The notes: generated by a model not told the origin, from the letters alone. A stretch of DNA of 64,000 nt from Octopus sinensis (GCF_006345805.1 NC_042999.1:139004001-139068000); one strand, 5' to 3'. Positions 1-12,382 are shown, numbered from the stretch's first letter. Translations and numbers: made by a program.

Positions 1-711
1 AAATTGCTTAAATTAACGACTTTAACAATAACCTATTAATGCAATGATGGAATCCGGCATGCAAGTGAACATCTGTTTTTATTAAAGTTTGATTATTTAA
101 AATTCTCCCTGACAAAATACAATATACATTTATATATATATTAGAGAGAGAGAGAGAGAGAGAGATTTTAGAATTAGCTTCTTTGCTTGTTGCAAAATCA
201 GCTGAATGTTGCTTATTTTTCTATATTATTACAAGCTAGGATGAATGACTGCCATGTCTGCTAGACATGGCAGTGGCAGTTGTTTCCCTTCCTCAGTACT
301 GTGCCAAGGAAGATAAATACTCTGAAACCAGATTGGTCTTATTGATCCTGTCAAACTGCTTAGATGGTAGGCGTTTGCTTCCCTGCTCACATTATAATGG
401 TTTTAGTAAATTTATACAGAAAAAGTAAGCATGCCACCATCCAGCATAAATAAAGTCAACTTTATTATGTGTATTTAAGCCATTATTTTTTCTGTAAAAT
501 CCTATTCTGTCATCAAGTGAGTCAACTTCCAGTATGAATGTTCATTTTGAGGGTCTTTTTTTCAACAAAAAAAATTTCAAAAAATTTCTGGAAACAATCT
601 ACTGATGCAATTTACACAAACACTAAAGTTTATTTTTATTTTTGAGAAAAAAGTGCATAAATTACATGGGATTTTACGGTAATAAAAACAAAAATAAAGT
701 AAAATACTTAC

Positions 712-831
712 AAGAGGTCTCATGTAATTGATAGAGGCAATACTAACACAACCGTGGATGTAGAGATACTTCATGGAATCTATGCTGCATCGATAAGGAA
801 ACAGCGCAAAGTAGTTGTCATTCAGAAAGAT
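712..831 (-). CDS. Galectin exon: C-terminal third of CRD2 (IFLNDNYFALFPYRCSIDSMKYLYIHGCVSIASINYMRPL)
   Basis: Acceptor tttctcttctAG at 833-832 and donor GTAAGT at 711-706. 120 nt, phase 0/0, no stop. Same length and phase as the 12650-12769 exon, with galectin F-strand pattern (x-x-NG/ND...F-x-Y/H-R...L-x-I-x-G). Confidence 0.92.
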
Positions 832-2401
832 CTAGAAGAGAAATAAATTTCTAGTTTTACTAATGACAATCATGGTTGGGGTGGGGATAGGAATGGGAAT
901 TACACCACATGTTGCTCAAGAATTTGTGCAAGAATCTCCAGCTGAAGTTATTGAATAAGTCTCTAATTAGTTGATAGAAAGGGTATGTTTTAAGGTGAAA
1001 AAAAATAACCAACTGTTAAAAATGTTGGACTTCTGAGTTGATGGACTTCTGATCAGACAAAACTATGACTGAGGTGTTCCAAACATGGCTGTCACATTTT
1101 ATTTTTCAGGCATAGCTTATCTAGGATTATACTTTGTCCTTTTATTTGAAGATGCTAAGGTGGGATTTCATTGAAATTTGGTTGCTATTTCCAACAAGTT
1201 GAGCTATCATGTAGTCCCATGCATTGGCTTAAAACAAATTGTTCAATTTGTAAGAGGGCTAATTTCCTTAAAATTTTTTTATTTATTAAAATCTCAAATT
1301 TTGAAGTCCCTTGCTCTAGGGATAATACACTTGATGATCTAAGATCAAACCAATTGAAATGTAATATGGAAGTAAATACCAAATTAGAAAGAACATTAAT
1401 CTCTAAAGATGAATTTAATAAGTCTTATGAATTATAATCTTAACGGAGTGTCATCTATCATCTGATGGCATAACTTAGGAAGTATATTTTTGTAATCATG
1501 GATAACATCAGGTAATATAGCATACATACAGTAATTATAATTTAACTTTTATAAAATTTCTTGTGGTTAATACAAAACAATGCTAAACAATAGCAACAAC
1601 AGGAGATGGTCCTTGTCCAATTGGTCATCCTACTAGAAAATACAACCAGATTTTCCTCAAATCTCATTTTACTGTTTTAATTAGGAAAATACATATTGGA
1701 CAATGTAGTCCTGTTTATACAAAAAGACAAAATTATATTACATACATATATATGTGTGTGTGTGTGCATATGTGTGTATATCATGTATGCATACACACAC
1801 TATAATGAGTGCAACAGATGTTCATATACTCCTTATATTCATTATAAAGTAAATAATTATTTTCACCTGAGCTCCCCCAATGCTTGTTCACTTCAGCTAA
1901 TTGTTAAAAAGGCAGAAAAATCAAGTGGCTCAACCATCTAACAACACTGAACCCCAGTATTGTTATGTATCAATAAATGTTCCTCCAGTAAGAAATACAG
2001 GAAGATCACAATGATGGTGGTTGAGTAACAGTAATCCAAAAATAGTAAGAAAGCTTGTGGGTGGTTGATGATTGGGAATGATGGAAAGTGAAGGTTATAC
2101 TTTTCATGAAATCTTCACCATGGCTTAATTGACTAACTTGCAAAAGTTAGATCCTATCTAATAAAGTCTCATGGTGTGCTGTTTCTTCTTTCACTGCCTT
2201 TTCTACTGATACTATAATAACTCCAGGTTGAGCTTATGCCTCCTCCATTCAAACATCCCCATCTCCCCTGCTTCTTCTCTTCCTGTCATTCAGGTTCTGT
2301 ACTTGCAATTACACTCAGTCAATTCCTTCTAGGAAGGGCAGCCCTCTGGAATTCACTCTTTGCTCCTGCAGGTATTTACTTACAAAGGTTCAAGACAGAC
2401 A

Positions 2402-2660
2402 TTAACCCTTTAAATACCAACACATCTGAGACCACCCTGGTCTCTGACACAAACTTTCTGTTTTAAAGTAAACTAAATTAAAATCTAAATTTCATGTTAA
2501 TTTAAGCTCCTCAACAGATTACTCAAAACTTCATTATTTTTTTTATTTTTTCTCTCTAGTTTCAGCTCAGAGCTGTGGCCATGCTGATGTACCACCATTT
2601 CAAAATTAATTGAAATAAAGGTACTGTATTTGGTCATAAATATGGTAATGAAAGGGTTAA
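2402..2660. mobile_element. piggyBac-like MITE (TTAA-CCCTT...AAGGG-TTAA)
   Basis: TTAACCCTTT at 2402 and AAAGGGTTAA ending at 2660; non-coding interior. Confidence 0.55.
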
Positions 2661-2813
2661 TGACATCAATCTCACCATTCTAGAAAGACCTGCAAAGGCT
2701 ATGAGAACTGTCCCTTCCACTAAACTCAGCAAGTCAGAAATAAATAAATAAAACTTATTAATCACAGGGTTCAAATGATACAAAAGTTTCTAGAAATAAG
2801 AAATTTATATTAC

Positions 2814-3006
2814 TTGGTAGCCATCATAGCTGGCAACAATCATAATCTTGAACATGGACCATGGGTGGAATGGGTTGTCTGAAATCACCTCTTCTTCACC
2901 CCAATCACCATCATAATGGTTCAAAACTACAGAATTCTGATCAGGACGTGGGTTTAGATGAAGACCTGTTGTTCCATCCGGGTCACTACAAATGTTGATG
3001 CTAAAT
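2814..3006 (-). CDS. Galectin exon: central sugar-binding part of CRD2 (FSINICSDPDGTTGLHLNPRPDQNSVVLNHYDGDWGEEEVISDNPFHPWSMFKIMIVASYDGYQ)
   Basis: Acceptor AG at 3008-3007, donor GTAATA at 2813. 193 nt = 1 nt + 64 codons, completing AG|A (Arg) from the previous exon. Galectin H-x-N-x-R, V-x-N and W-G-x-E motifs are present. Confidence 0.95.
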
Positions 3007-4294
3007 CTGGCAGTTTGAAATGCATTGCCAAAAAGATAGAAAATAGAAAGCAAAAATTTAGTTTGTCATAAATAATTCACACATACTACATACATATGTA
3101 TATACACAGATACACACCTTTGTAACTTAACTTTTATAAAATTTCTTGTGGTTAATACAAAACAATGCTAAACAATAGAAACAATGGGAGAGGGTCCTTG
3201 TCCAATTGGTCATCCTGCTAAAATGAACAACCTAATTTTGTACACACATGCATGCATATTGTAGAAAGAACAGACTATGTATCTTCAATTATTTTTGAAA
3301 ATTCTACATTGAATTAGAGAAGTCTATATGAGTATTGTCAATTATATTGATTCCAGTAGTTGGCTGATACTTTATTTTATTGACCCTTTGGAAGGATAAA
3401 AGGAAAAGTTTATCTTAGCAGGATTTTAACTTACGAGGTAAAAACTCAATACCATTAGGCATTTTGTCTCATGCTCTCTCACCACTACAAGGTCCAGTTC
3501 TTCTTGCACTGTAGTGGCTTGTGTGCCTCAATGACTTAAGAGCTAAGACATTGAGTGTAAGCTCCTAGTAAAACCTGTTACTGGGCAAGTTAAAGGTTGT
3601 GGTGCACCTGAGCACTGTATACAATAATTTCATTATTATTATTATAGCTGGACTAATATGGACCACTTCTTCCCAGAGATAGAAATGGGCCAATGTCCCT
3701 ACATAGAAAAAAAACAGCAAAGTTACAGAAGATTTCATGACAATTCAAAACCAACAAGACTTGTGAGAGGAAAAGATAGCCCAGAGTGAAGCATAGTGGA
3801 GAAAGTCAATGGTATTCAATATTCATAGTAGGCAAGTGCTAATTTGCATATGAAAGTATGCTTGCAAGTAAGTGCATGTTTGCATGTGCAAGTTTACAAT
3901 TGTGAATGCTGGTTTGCTCAATAGGTTTGGAAGTGTATATTCAGACATCTAAATCAGGTCATTAAGCTTTTATGGTGCAGCAATGTGCAAATTGTCAAGT
4001 GCTTAACTTCCCTTGCAGATAAAGAATTTTATGGAAAAAAAAAGATGCATAAATACATAAATTAATTCATAAATAGGGTCCGAAAAAAGAGAAACATTTA
4101 TTTTTAATGAAACCAAATTGATTTTTCTTTGTATTAATTTTTTGTACTTTCCCTGAAAGAATGACCAAATAAGCATGCGTATAAAACAAACAAAAATTAC
4201 CAATGAAGGGAGAGTATTTAGTTGTTGAACCTTCAAGAAATAGCAACTAAATCACCCTCAAGCCATACTAAAAAGGCACATAAAATATTCATTT

Positions 4295-4520
4295 CTACTC
4301 TAGCCACAAGGCCTGAAATTTTTGGAAGGTTGGGGTGATGGGCAGTCGATTAGATTGATGCCAGTACACAACTGGTACTTAATTTATTGACCCCTAAAGG
4401 ATTGAAGGCAAAGTTGACCTTGGTGGAATTTGAACTCAGAACATAAAGACAGATGAAATACTGCTAAGCATTTCGCCTAGCGTGCTAACGATTCTGCCAG
4501 CTCATTGCCTTAGGCACATT
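4295..4520 (-). mobile_element. tRNA-derived SINE family B (CCTTTCATCCTTTCGGGGTCGAT...AAGTACCAG core), CpG-decayed
   Basis: Matches the better-preserved copies at 42420-42810, 45365-45580 and 49233-49745. The core resembles the Meta-domain type of SINE core (from memory, not searched). Confidence 0.8.
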
Positions 4521-4718
4521 AAATAATGTGTAGGCAAAGGTGCGCTATTTTATCACCATTAAAAAAATAAAAACAAAATGAAATAGTCATGACATCAATG
4601 CTTTAGGTCGTAGATCTCCTAATTTAAGACTGATCTGGAGCTATACAGCTACAAAAATGACCAAAACCCCCATCCCACAGATTGCCAGATATATATATAT
4701 ATATATATATAGATATAT

Positions 4719-5035
4719 ATGGCTTAGAGGTTAGGGCATTCAGCTCACGATTGTAAGGTCGTGAGTTCGATTCCTGGTGACATGTTGTGTCCTTGAGCAA
4801 GACACTTTATTTCACGTTGCTCCAGTCCACTCAGCTGACAAAAATGAGTTGTACCTTTATTTCAAAGGGCCGGCCTGGTCACACTTTGTGTCACGCTGAA
4901 TCTCCCTGAGAACTACGTTAGGGGTACGTGTGTCTGTGGATTGCTCAGTCATTTGCATGTTAATTTCATGAGCAGGCTGCTCCGTTGATCGTATCAGATG
5001 GGACCCTCATCATCGTGACCGACAGAGTGCTCCTT
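4719..5035 (+). mobile_element. tRNA-derived CORE-type SINE family C
   Basis: A box TGGCTTAGAGG, B box GTTCGATTCC, then TGTGTCCTTGAGCAAGACACTT (CORE-like). A second copy lies at 8021-8341. Confidence 0.8.
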
Positions 5036-5262
5036 ATATATACTATTATTAGAGGCATTACCTTTAGAAATAATAAAAAATACAAGAAAAAATATAAAGC
5101 AATCAAATATGGATATGCTGACAATAATATATTTAACCTTGCGTTCTGTCTACACATGCAGCAGTCATTCACTATATACATAAGCATTCATTTGTACAGA
5201 AGCACTACTAGATGCATATTTTGTAGTTTAATTTTATGTTTAAGTGTTTTTAGACAGCATGT

Positions 5263-5742
5263 GTAAGTTTTAACAAAATTTGTCTTTACTGATAGGACGA
5301 ATGACTGAGAAATTTACCCAGGATGACTTCTGAGCAGAAAATAAATAGTTAAGTACAGGCTGACATAAAGAGCTCAAAAATTTTTAATTAATATTACATC
5401 AGTAGTAAAGAGAAAAGAAATTATATTGGTTTAATGATTAATTCTTGTCTCTGTTGTTGCCAAAGATCAGATCCATTCTCCTCTGCAAATCCATGTTAAG
5501 TTTTAACAAAATTTGTCTTTACTGATAGGACGAATGACTGAGAAATTTACCCAGGATAACTTCTGAGCAGAAAATAAATAGTTAAGTACAGGCTGACATA
5601 AAGAGCTCAAAACTTTTTAATTAATATTACATCAGTAGTAAAGAGAAAAGAAATTATATTGGTTTAATGATTAATTCTTGTCTCTGTTCTTGCCAAAGAT
5701 CAGATCCATTCTCCTCTGCAAATCCATGTTAAGTTTTAATAA
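5263..5742. repeat. 233-bp tandem duplication (2 near-identical units plus a short partial)
   Basis: tgtctttactgataggacgaatgactgag... starts at both 5281 and 5514; only a few substitutions between units. Confidence 0.95.
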
Positions 5743-5802
5743 AAATTTTGCCCTGCCTCCAACTTTCTTCTCTGATCAAAATAAAGGATCAAGCTAATGT
5801 TC

Positions 5803-6219
5803 TTTTATTCTTTTACTTGTTTCAGTCATTTGACTGTGGCCATGCTGGAACACTGTCTTTAGTCAAACAAATTGACCCCAGGACTTATTCTTTGTAAGCC
5901 TAGTACTTACTCTATTGGTCTCTTTTGCCGAACCTCTAGGTTATGGAGACATAAACATACCAACAACGTTTGTCAAGTGACAGTGGGGGACAAACACAGA
6001 CACACATACATACACACATACATACACACATACACACATACACACACACATACACACACACACATACACACACGATGGGCTTGATTTTTAGCTTCTGTCT
6101 ACCAGATCCACTTACAAGGCCTGAGGCTATAGATGATACTTGCCCAAGGTGCCACACAGTCAGACTGAACCCAGAACCATGTGGTTGGGAAGCAAGCTTC
6201 TTACCACACAGCCACTCCT
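5803..6219 (-). mobile_element. tRNA-derived SINE family A with internal (CA/TA)n microsatellite
   Basis: Reverse complement of the well-preserved copy at 47006-47420; CpG-decayed. Confidence 0.85.
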
Positions 6220-6374
6220 TGTGTTCTGTCTTTTCTAATTGCAGAGCAATTTTATAAGATGGTGTAAACTGAATGTTGCGATGTTCATACTTTTCATAAG
6301 TGCAACAAATCAAGAAATCAAAGCAGGTCAGGAACAGAGATTACCTAAATGTTTCAATCATTAGTATTATTTTT

Positions 6375-6760
6375 CAACTCTGTTACTTGTTTCAGTCATT
6401 TGACTGTTGCCATGCTTTAGTCGACCAAATCAACCCCAGGACTTATTCTTTGTAAGCCTAGTACTTATTCTATCTGTCTCTTTTGCCAAACCGCTAAGTT
6501 ACAGGGGCGTAAACACACCAGCATCGGTTGTCAAGCGATGTTGGGGTGACAAACACAGACACACAAACATATACACACACATACATATACATACATACGA
6601 TAGACTTCTTTCAGTTTCCGTCTACCAAATCCACTCACAAGGCTTTGGTTGGCCCAAGGCTATAGTAGAAGACACTTGCCCAAGGTGCCACACAGTGGGA
6701 CTGAACCCTGAACCATGCGGTTTGTGAGCAAGCTACTTACCACACAGCCACTCCTACGCC
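6375..6760 (-). mobile_element. SINE family A copy
   Basis: Same head (AGGAGTGGCTGTGTGGTAAG), body, internal microsatellite and GACTGAAACAAGTAA tail as 47006-47420. Confidence 0.85.
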
Positions 6761-7357
6761 AATAAACTGTGTAAAAAAAAATGGCTTTGGTAACATTGTG
6801 TCCCTCCCCTTTCCACCTTTTCCTCTAAAGACAATCTTATTCATGCTACAAAAATAAATTATTTGGGTTTGTCTTATTCTGTGGCGTGAGATTAGCTTAA
6901 GCAGTGAAAATATGTGCAAGAAGACAAAGATATATTTGAAGATAATGAATGAGAAAGATGAAATGCTCAGCATCTAATGTCCTGCAAATATAACTCGCTA
7001 TTAATATTTGCATGCTTCTTACTGTATCATTCCAGCGTGTGAAGACTTATACTTGGAAGCTGAGACACAAATATCTTACCTTACAGCATCAGTGCCGCTA
7101 AAAACAAAAATTTACATAAAAATAAACAAACAGGCAAATAATTATGATATTGACAATCACTGTTGTGATTTCCCACATTGGCATAAGATCACAAAATCTG
7201 AAACAGGGTTACATATGACTGAATTGATATTACTGGTACTGCTTTTATTAAAATTCTGGAAGAGTGAACAGCAAATTCTGCCTTTGGTAGATTAAGAGAT
7301 GCAATTAGAGACAAAGAAGTAGTCAGTCTGCCACTATCATTTCTATTAATAATAATA

Positions 7358-7470
7358 ATAATCATCGTTTAACGTCCGCTTTCCATGCTAGCATGGGTTG
7401 GATGATTTGACTGTGGGCTGGCGAACCAGATGGCTGCACCAGGCTCCAGTCTTGATCTGGCAGAGTTTCT
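7358..7470 (-). mobile_element. 3' terminal fragment of the RTE LINE ((GAT)n tail)
   Basis: catcgtttaacgtccgctttccatgctagcatgggttgga... matches the 3' end of the 11291-12382 element. Confidence 0.8.
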
Positions 7471-8020
7471 ATAATAATAATAATAATAATACTTTTCTAT
7501 TTTTTCCTTTTTCTCACTGTCTTCTCCTTTTCTCTATCATATGATTCTGTAAATGCACAATGTATATACTAATGTATACAGAACATTTCTCTGCCCTAGG
7601 TGTCAGGAAAACACTCAGCAAGAAATGGAAACAGAATTGAAAGAAGATGCTAATGAAAATAATGATAATGATAACAACAATATAAAAATAAAATAGCAAC
7701 AGTAATAATAGGTCACTGATTTGAGAAGAAGGGACTAGTTGTTCAAACCAACTGACATGTAAAAACATGAAAGAAAGTTATTCACCTCTAGTCCATTTTG
7801 ATTGTCTCTTCCTCTCTTCCTCTGTTTCCTTGCTCTAGCTACTTAATGATATTTTTAACCCTATAAAGACAATTGTTTCTTTGTATGCAAATAGTAAAGG
7901 TGGGGATAAACTAGAACAAGCAAAGACATGGGCTGTGTTCATATTCAGAATTACATGATAGGGTAGTTCAGCGATATATTATCCACATACACATAGTGTA
8001 TGAGCATGTGTTTATATATA

Positions 8021-8341
8021 TGGTATGTGGCTTAATGGTTAGGGTAATCAACTCAGAATCATGAGGTCATGAGTTCAATTCCTAACAGAATGTTGTGACC
8101 TGGAGCAAGACACTTTATTTCACATTGCTTCAGTCCACTCAGCTGGCAAAAATGAGTAGTAACTGTAATTCAAAGGGCTAGCCTTGTCACATTCTGTGCC
8201 ATGCTGAATCTCCCTGAGAACTGTATTAAGGGTGTGCATGTCTGAGGTGTGCCCAGCCACTTGCAAGTCAATTTCATGAGAAGGGTGTTCTGTTGACTGA
8301 ATCAACTGAAATCTACATTGCTGTAACTGATGAAGTGCCAG
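8021..8341 (+). mobile_element. CORE-type SINE family C copy
   Basis: Colinear with 4719-5035, with more CpG decay. Confidence 0.8.
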
Positions 8342-8630
8342 AAGTGTGGACATTTCTTTCAATAACTATTGACTGGGCATCAACGGTTTTGGCAGTTTTT
8401 GGCACTGAATAACATTAAAGCTAGCAAAGAATGCTCAGTTTCTATTCATTTTTTGGCCTGTACTATTTGCCTTATTATTATGCGGTCTCTATACAAAACC
8501 AGTGCAGCATTAACCATTTCAACAATGCTGCAACTATTTTGTTCCACCAGCTTGCAGAGGATTTGTTCTTCACACTTAGCTTTGTTTTTTCCATGGAAAC
8601 CATTAAGTCAACCCTGTCTTTAGTTATAAA

Positions 8631-8853
8631 TTAGATTCTTTAGCACTCAAATCGGCCATATCAGGCCCAAATATTCTATATTAGCCCTACTTACAACTTC
8701 TTACATTTGCCCTACATTGTCATTCTAAAAATAAACAATCATATCATTAAAATCTCAAAACTATGAGATAATTCACTATTAATTCAAAGCAATGTGATTA
8801 AATAAACATATAAGCATTTCATTTGACAGAATAACCTGAATGTTAAAGAGTTA
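8631..8853. mobile_element. ~220-bp piggyBac-like MITE family D (degraded ends)
   Basis: Colinear with 20715-21199 and 41391-41605, which end in AAGGGTTAA. Confidence 0.6.
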
Positions 8854-9349
8854 CAGCCTAATTCCATAAAACACAAGTTAAACATGTGATATTAAAAATT
8901 ATGACTAATTATCTGATATAATGCTCTTAAAAATGATTTATAATAATTTGGTATGGTGTCTTGTATTCCATTTCTACTGCACTATATTCATCTCCTACTG
9001 TACTGAATATAAAGGTGGACCAAAATTGTTTATTCTTTATTTATAGTGAACTAAGCATAGCCATTAAAAGTTAAATTCGTTTTCTTTGGTACTTTAGTTA
9101 TCTGAAAACTGTGGTTTTGAAAAGTATACAAACTGTTGACTTTTCAATGAACAGTTTAACACATGGTCAGCCAGCTGGAACCTTCAATTTTACATGTAAG
9201 ATACAAAAAAAAAAAAAAAGAAAGAAAAAGGCCAAAAATGACATCTGTTAAAATATCAAATAAATAAACAGAAACAAATCAACAAGCATTATGAAAAACT
9301 AATTAGAGCTTGAGTATCTTTGTCAACAGAAATTACCATTTAAAATTAA

Positions 9350-9580
9350 CATTAGTTTCAAATTTTGGCACAAGGCCAGCAATTTTGAGGCAGTAGGGGT
9401 GTGGGATAGTCGATTACATCGACCTCAGTGGTCAACTGGTACTTATTTTATCAATCCCGAAAGGACGAAGGGTAATGTTGACTTCCGCAGGATTTGAACT
9501 CAGAACATAAAGATGAATGAAATGCCACTAAGCATTTTGCCCAGTATGCTAATGATTCTGCCAGCTCAACGCCTCATATT
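9350..9580 (-). mobile_element. SINE family B copy
   Basis: gtcgattacatcgacctcagt...aactggtacttattttatcaatcccgaaagg...gaactcagaac core. Confidence 0.8.
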
Positions 9581-9754
9581 TGAAAGTAATATTGACCACT
9601 GTTTCTAATCAAGAAATTATTTTCACAGTTCAGACTGCCAAGAAGTGTATTTTGCAATTGGATGGTATTTCAAGAAATACAAGGTACACAATTTTCTTGA
9701 GTGCTTTATAATGAAAAAAAGCTTTAACATTTCTAAATGCTACTTTATGCTTAC

Positions 9755-9843
9755 CTGTCATTGTCAAATGTTGGTACTCCTTTGATCTCTATAGCTTTAC
9801 CTATAGACATATGATCAGCTATTTCACCAATGTATGGGATTTT
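9755..9843 (-). CDS. Galectin exon: N-terminal third of CRD2 (KIPYIGEIADHMSIGKAIEIKGVPTFDNDR)
   Basis: Acceptor tttctttttcacAG at 9845-9844, donor GTAAGC at 9754. 89 nt, phase 0/2. Typical P-Y-x-x-x-I...G-x-x-I-x-I-x-G galectin start. Confidence 0.92.
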
Positions 9844-10057
9844 CTGTGAAAAAGAAACAAAAATAATGACTTATACTCAAAGGATTTATTAATTACATAT
9901 GTAAACAGCCAAACATGTATGCTAAGAGAACTCAATTAAGATTATCTGAATTTCATAGTTTATGAAAGGTATTTGCAGCATAAATGAAATTAACTGAGCC
10001 GAGTGGCATGTAGACTCAGCTTGTGAACTCTTATTTCCAGGGTTAGAGAGGTGGAGG

Positions 10058-10131
10058 CACTAGCGTAGCTGGGGAGTGGGGGCGGTGGGGGTGGTCTATC
10101 CCAGGAGGCACACACCCTAGCTATGAAAGTG
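10058..10131. mobile_element. 74-bp hAT-type micro-MITE
   Basis: Imperfect TIRs CACTAGCGTAGCTGGGG / CCCTAGCTATGAAAGTG, flanked by an exact 8-bp TSD GGTGGAGG (10050-10057 and 10132-10139). Confidence 0.75.
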
Positions 10132-11248
10132 GGTGGAGGGATAGAAATAGTTGAGTGCCTGACTGAATACTTTACACTCTATAAAACATAAATCACTCAT
10201 ATTCATCACCAAGAGATACTCTCTGTATAAAAAATAAAACAAAATTAAATTAGTATTAATATATTTAATGAAGGGTGCACCAAAAATTTGATTAGAAATA
10301 AGTACAATGATTCACATTATTTCAAACATTTTAATAAATATGGGGAACAACTCTTCATGTTCCAATTACACTAGCTCTCGCCAACTATGCTGAAACTTCA
10401 TATTTACCAAAATAGTTATAAGAAAATCATTTAGAGGATGTTTAATATGGTACCTGAATAAGGTATCAAAATTTGCAAATTTTTCATAATAAAACTTCTA
10501 CGATTAATTATTAATTATTGTTTTATCATGCAGAAGGTGTCTGAGTACCCAATGAGCCATTTATGATGGTGCCTGAGTAATATTCTTGGATATTTGGCTT
10601 TAAAAATAGGTTAACTAACACCTATTCATGTACAATTTATTAGATCTACTTTGTGATTCTTTAATGACTATGATGTGGTCGATACTTCACTGAGGAAGTC
10701 TAATAGGACTAAGCAATGTCTGAAGATGTCTGCCTTACTTGTTGAAATGATTAAAATAATATTAGTCACTGAAGTACTGTTGTCTTTTCTTCACCACATA
10801 ATCATCTCTAATTAGACTTCTGATGCTGACAACATTAAGTATGTTAATACTAATTAAACTCATCATATTAAGTTTTGTTTTTCAACATTCTGAGTTTGAA
10901 TTCTAGCAGTATTAACTTTATCTGTCATAATTTCAACAAAAACTAGCGTAGTTTGACTCACTCCACTTATCTGTAAATAACTGCTATGGCAAATAGACCC
11001 TAAACAGGAGTCAGTGACATTGTGTAACTAACATGTGTATATTGGCTGATTCAGTTCCATTCTTTTAGGAGTCAAGGACAAGAAGTTTGTATAGCAGACA
11101 TAGTTACCAACTAATATTTTTACCACCAACATGTCACAATGGACTAGATGTTTATATTTTTTTTTACCTTACTTTCACTTATCTGGTGCCATACATTAAC
11201 ATATGCATCCATATACAAGCTTGTACATAAACACAAAGACCAGTGCAG

Positions 11249-11290
<42 letters not shown>

Positions 11291-11292
<2 letters not shown>

Positions 11293-12382
11293 TCATCATC
11301 ATCATCGTTTAATGTCCGTTTTCCACGCTAGCACGGGTTGGACGGTTCGACCGGGGTCTGGGAAGCCAGGGGCCACTCCAGGCTCCAGTCTGATCTGGCA
11401 GAGTTTCTACGGCTGGATGCCCTTCCTAACGCCAACCACTCCGCGAGTGGAGTGGGTGCTTTTTACGTGCCACCTGCACAGGGGCCGGGGGGTCCGGCAT
11501 CGGTCACGATCGGTTCGAGCTTTTAACGTGCCAGCGGCACGGGAGCCAGCCAAGGCGGAGCTGGCAACGTTCGGATGGTCTTACTGGCACAGAGGCCAGT
11601 CGGGGCAGCGCTGGCATCGGCCACATTCGGATAGTACTTTTTATGTGCCACCGGCACAGGCATCATAACTCCTATTTCCATTGATATTTATTTCGACGTT
11701 CATGTACTTGACTCAACAGATCTCCTCAGGCACAGCAGGACTATCTGGGATCCGGGGTACTTTGAATGGGCAGGGGCTATGTGGAACTGATGCAGGAAGC
11801 AGCCCGGGTCTTTGCAGTCACAGCATATCTCCAGAGATCTCGGTCCTTCGCCATTGCCTCAGTGAGGCCCAATGCTCTGAGGTCATGCTTGACTACCTCA
11901 TCCCATGTCTTCCTGGGTCTACCTCTCCCCCTGATACCTTCAACTGTTTGGGAGTGGCACTTCTTCACACATCTCTCTTCATCCATCCGCAGCACATGAC
12001 CATACCATCGCAAGCGTCGCTCTTGCACACCACATCTGATGCTTCTTATGTCCAGTATTTCTCTCAGGATGCTTACACTCTGTGGTGTGTGCACACTGAC
12101 ACTACACATCCAGCAGATCATGCTAGCTTCATTTCTTTCAAGTCTACGCATGTCCTCTGCAGTCACAGCCCATGTTTCATTACCGTGAAGCATGGCAGTT
12201 CGCACACATGCATCATACAATCTACCTTTCACTCTGAGGGAGAGACCCTTTGCCGCCAGTAGGGGTAGGAGCTTTCTGAACTTTGCCCAGGCTATTCGTA
12301 TTCTAGTGGTGATACTCTCTGTGCATCCACCTCTGCTACTAACTTGGTCACCCAGGTAGCGGAAACTATCAACTACTTCTAG
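11291..12382 (-). mobile_element. 5'-truncated RTE-clade LINE (RT C-terminus, 3'UTR, (GAT)n tail)
   Basis: ORF 11777-12439 encodes EVVDSFRYLG...LHGNETWAV...RRLRWYGHVLRM...RGRGRPRKTW...DRDLWR, the typical RTE RT C-terminal region. Open frame, CpG largely intact, inserted next to (TA)n. Confidence 0.93.

Larger units (their letters stand above)
1542..3233. repeat. Pair of ~108-bp direct repeats (1542-1649 and 3127-3233) flanking the CRD2 central exon
   Basis: Both copies read ttaacttttataaaatttcttgtggttaatacaaaacaatgctaaacaatag...gtccttgtccaattggtcatcct with few substitutions; spacing 1585 bp. Confidence 0.9.

Noticed and set aside
230-330. Possible terminal galectin exon (SIYLPWHSTEEGKQLPLPCLADMAVIHPSL*)
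   Set aside because: Weak polypyrimidine tract and no galectin similarity; it cannot be supported without transcripts.
5872-6727. Several 70-125 aa ORFs with HT/CV repeats
   Set aside because: They are translations of SINE family A and its internal microsatellite. The same applies to similar ORFs at 46-47, 56.5 and 61 kb.
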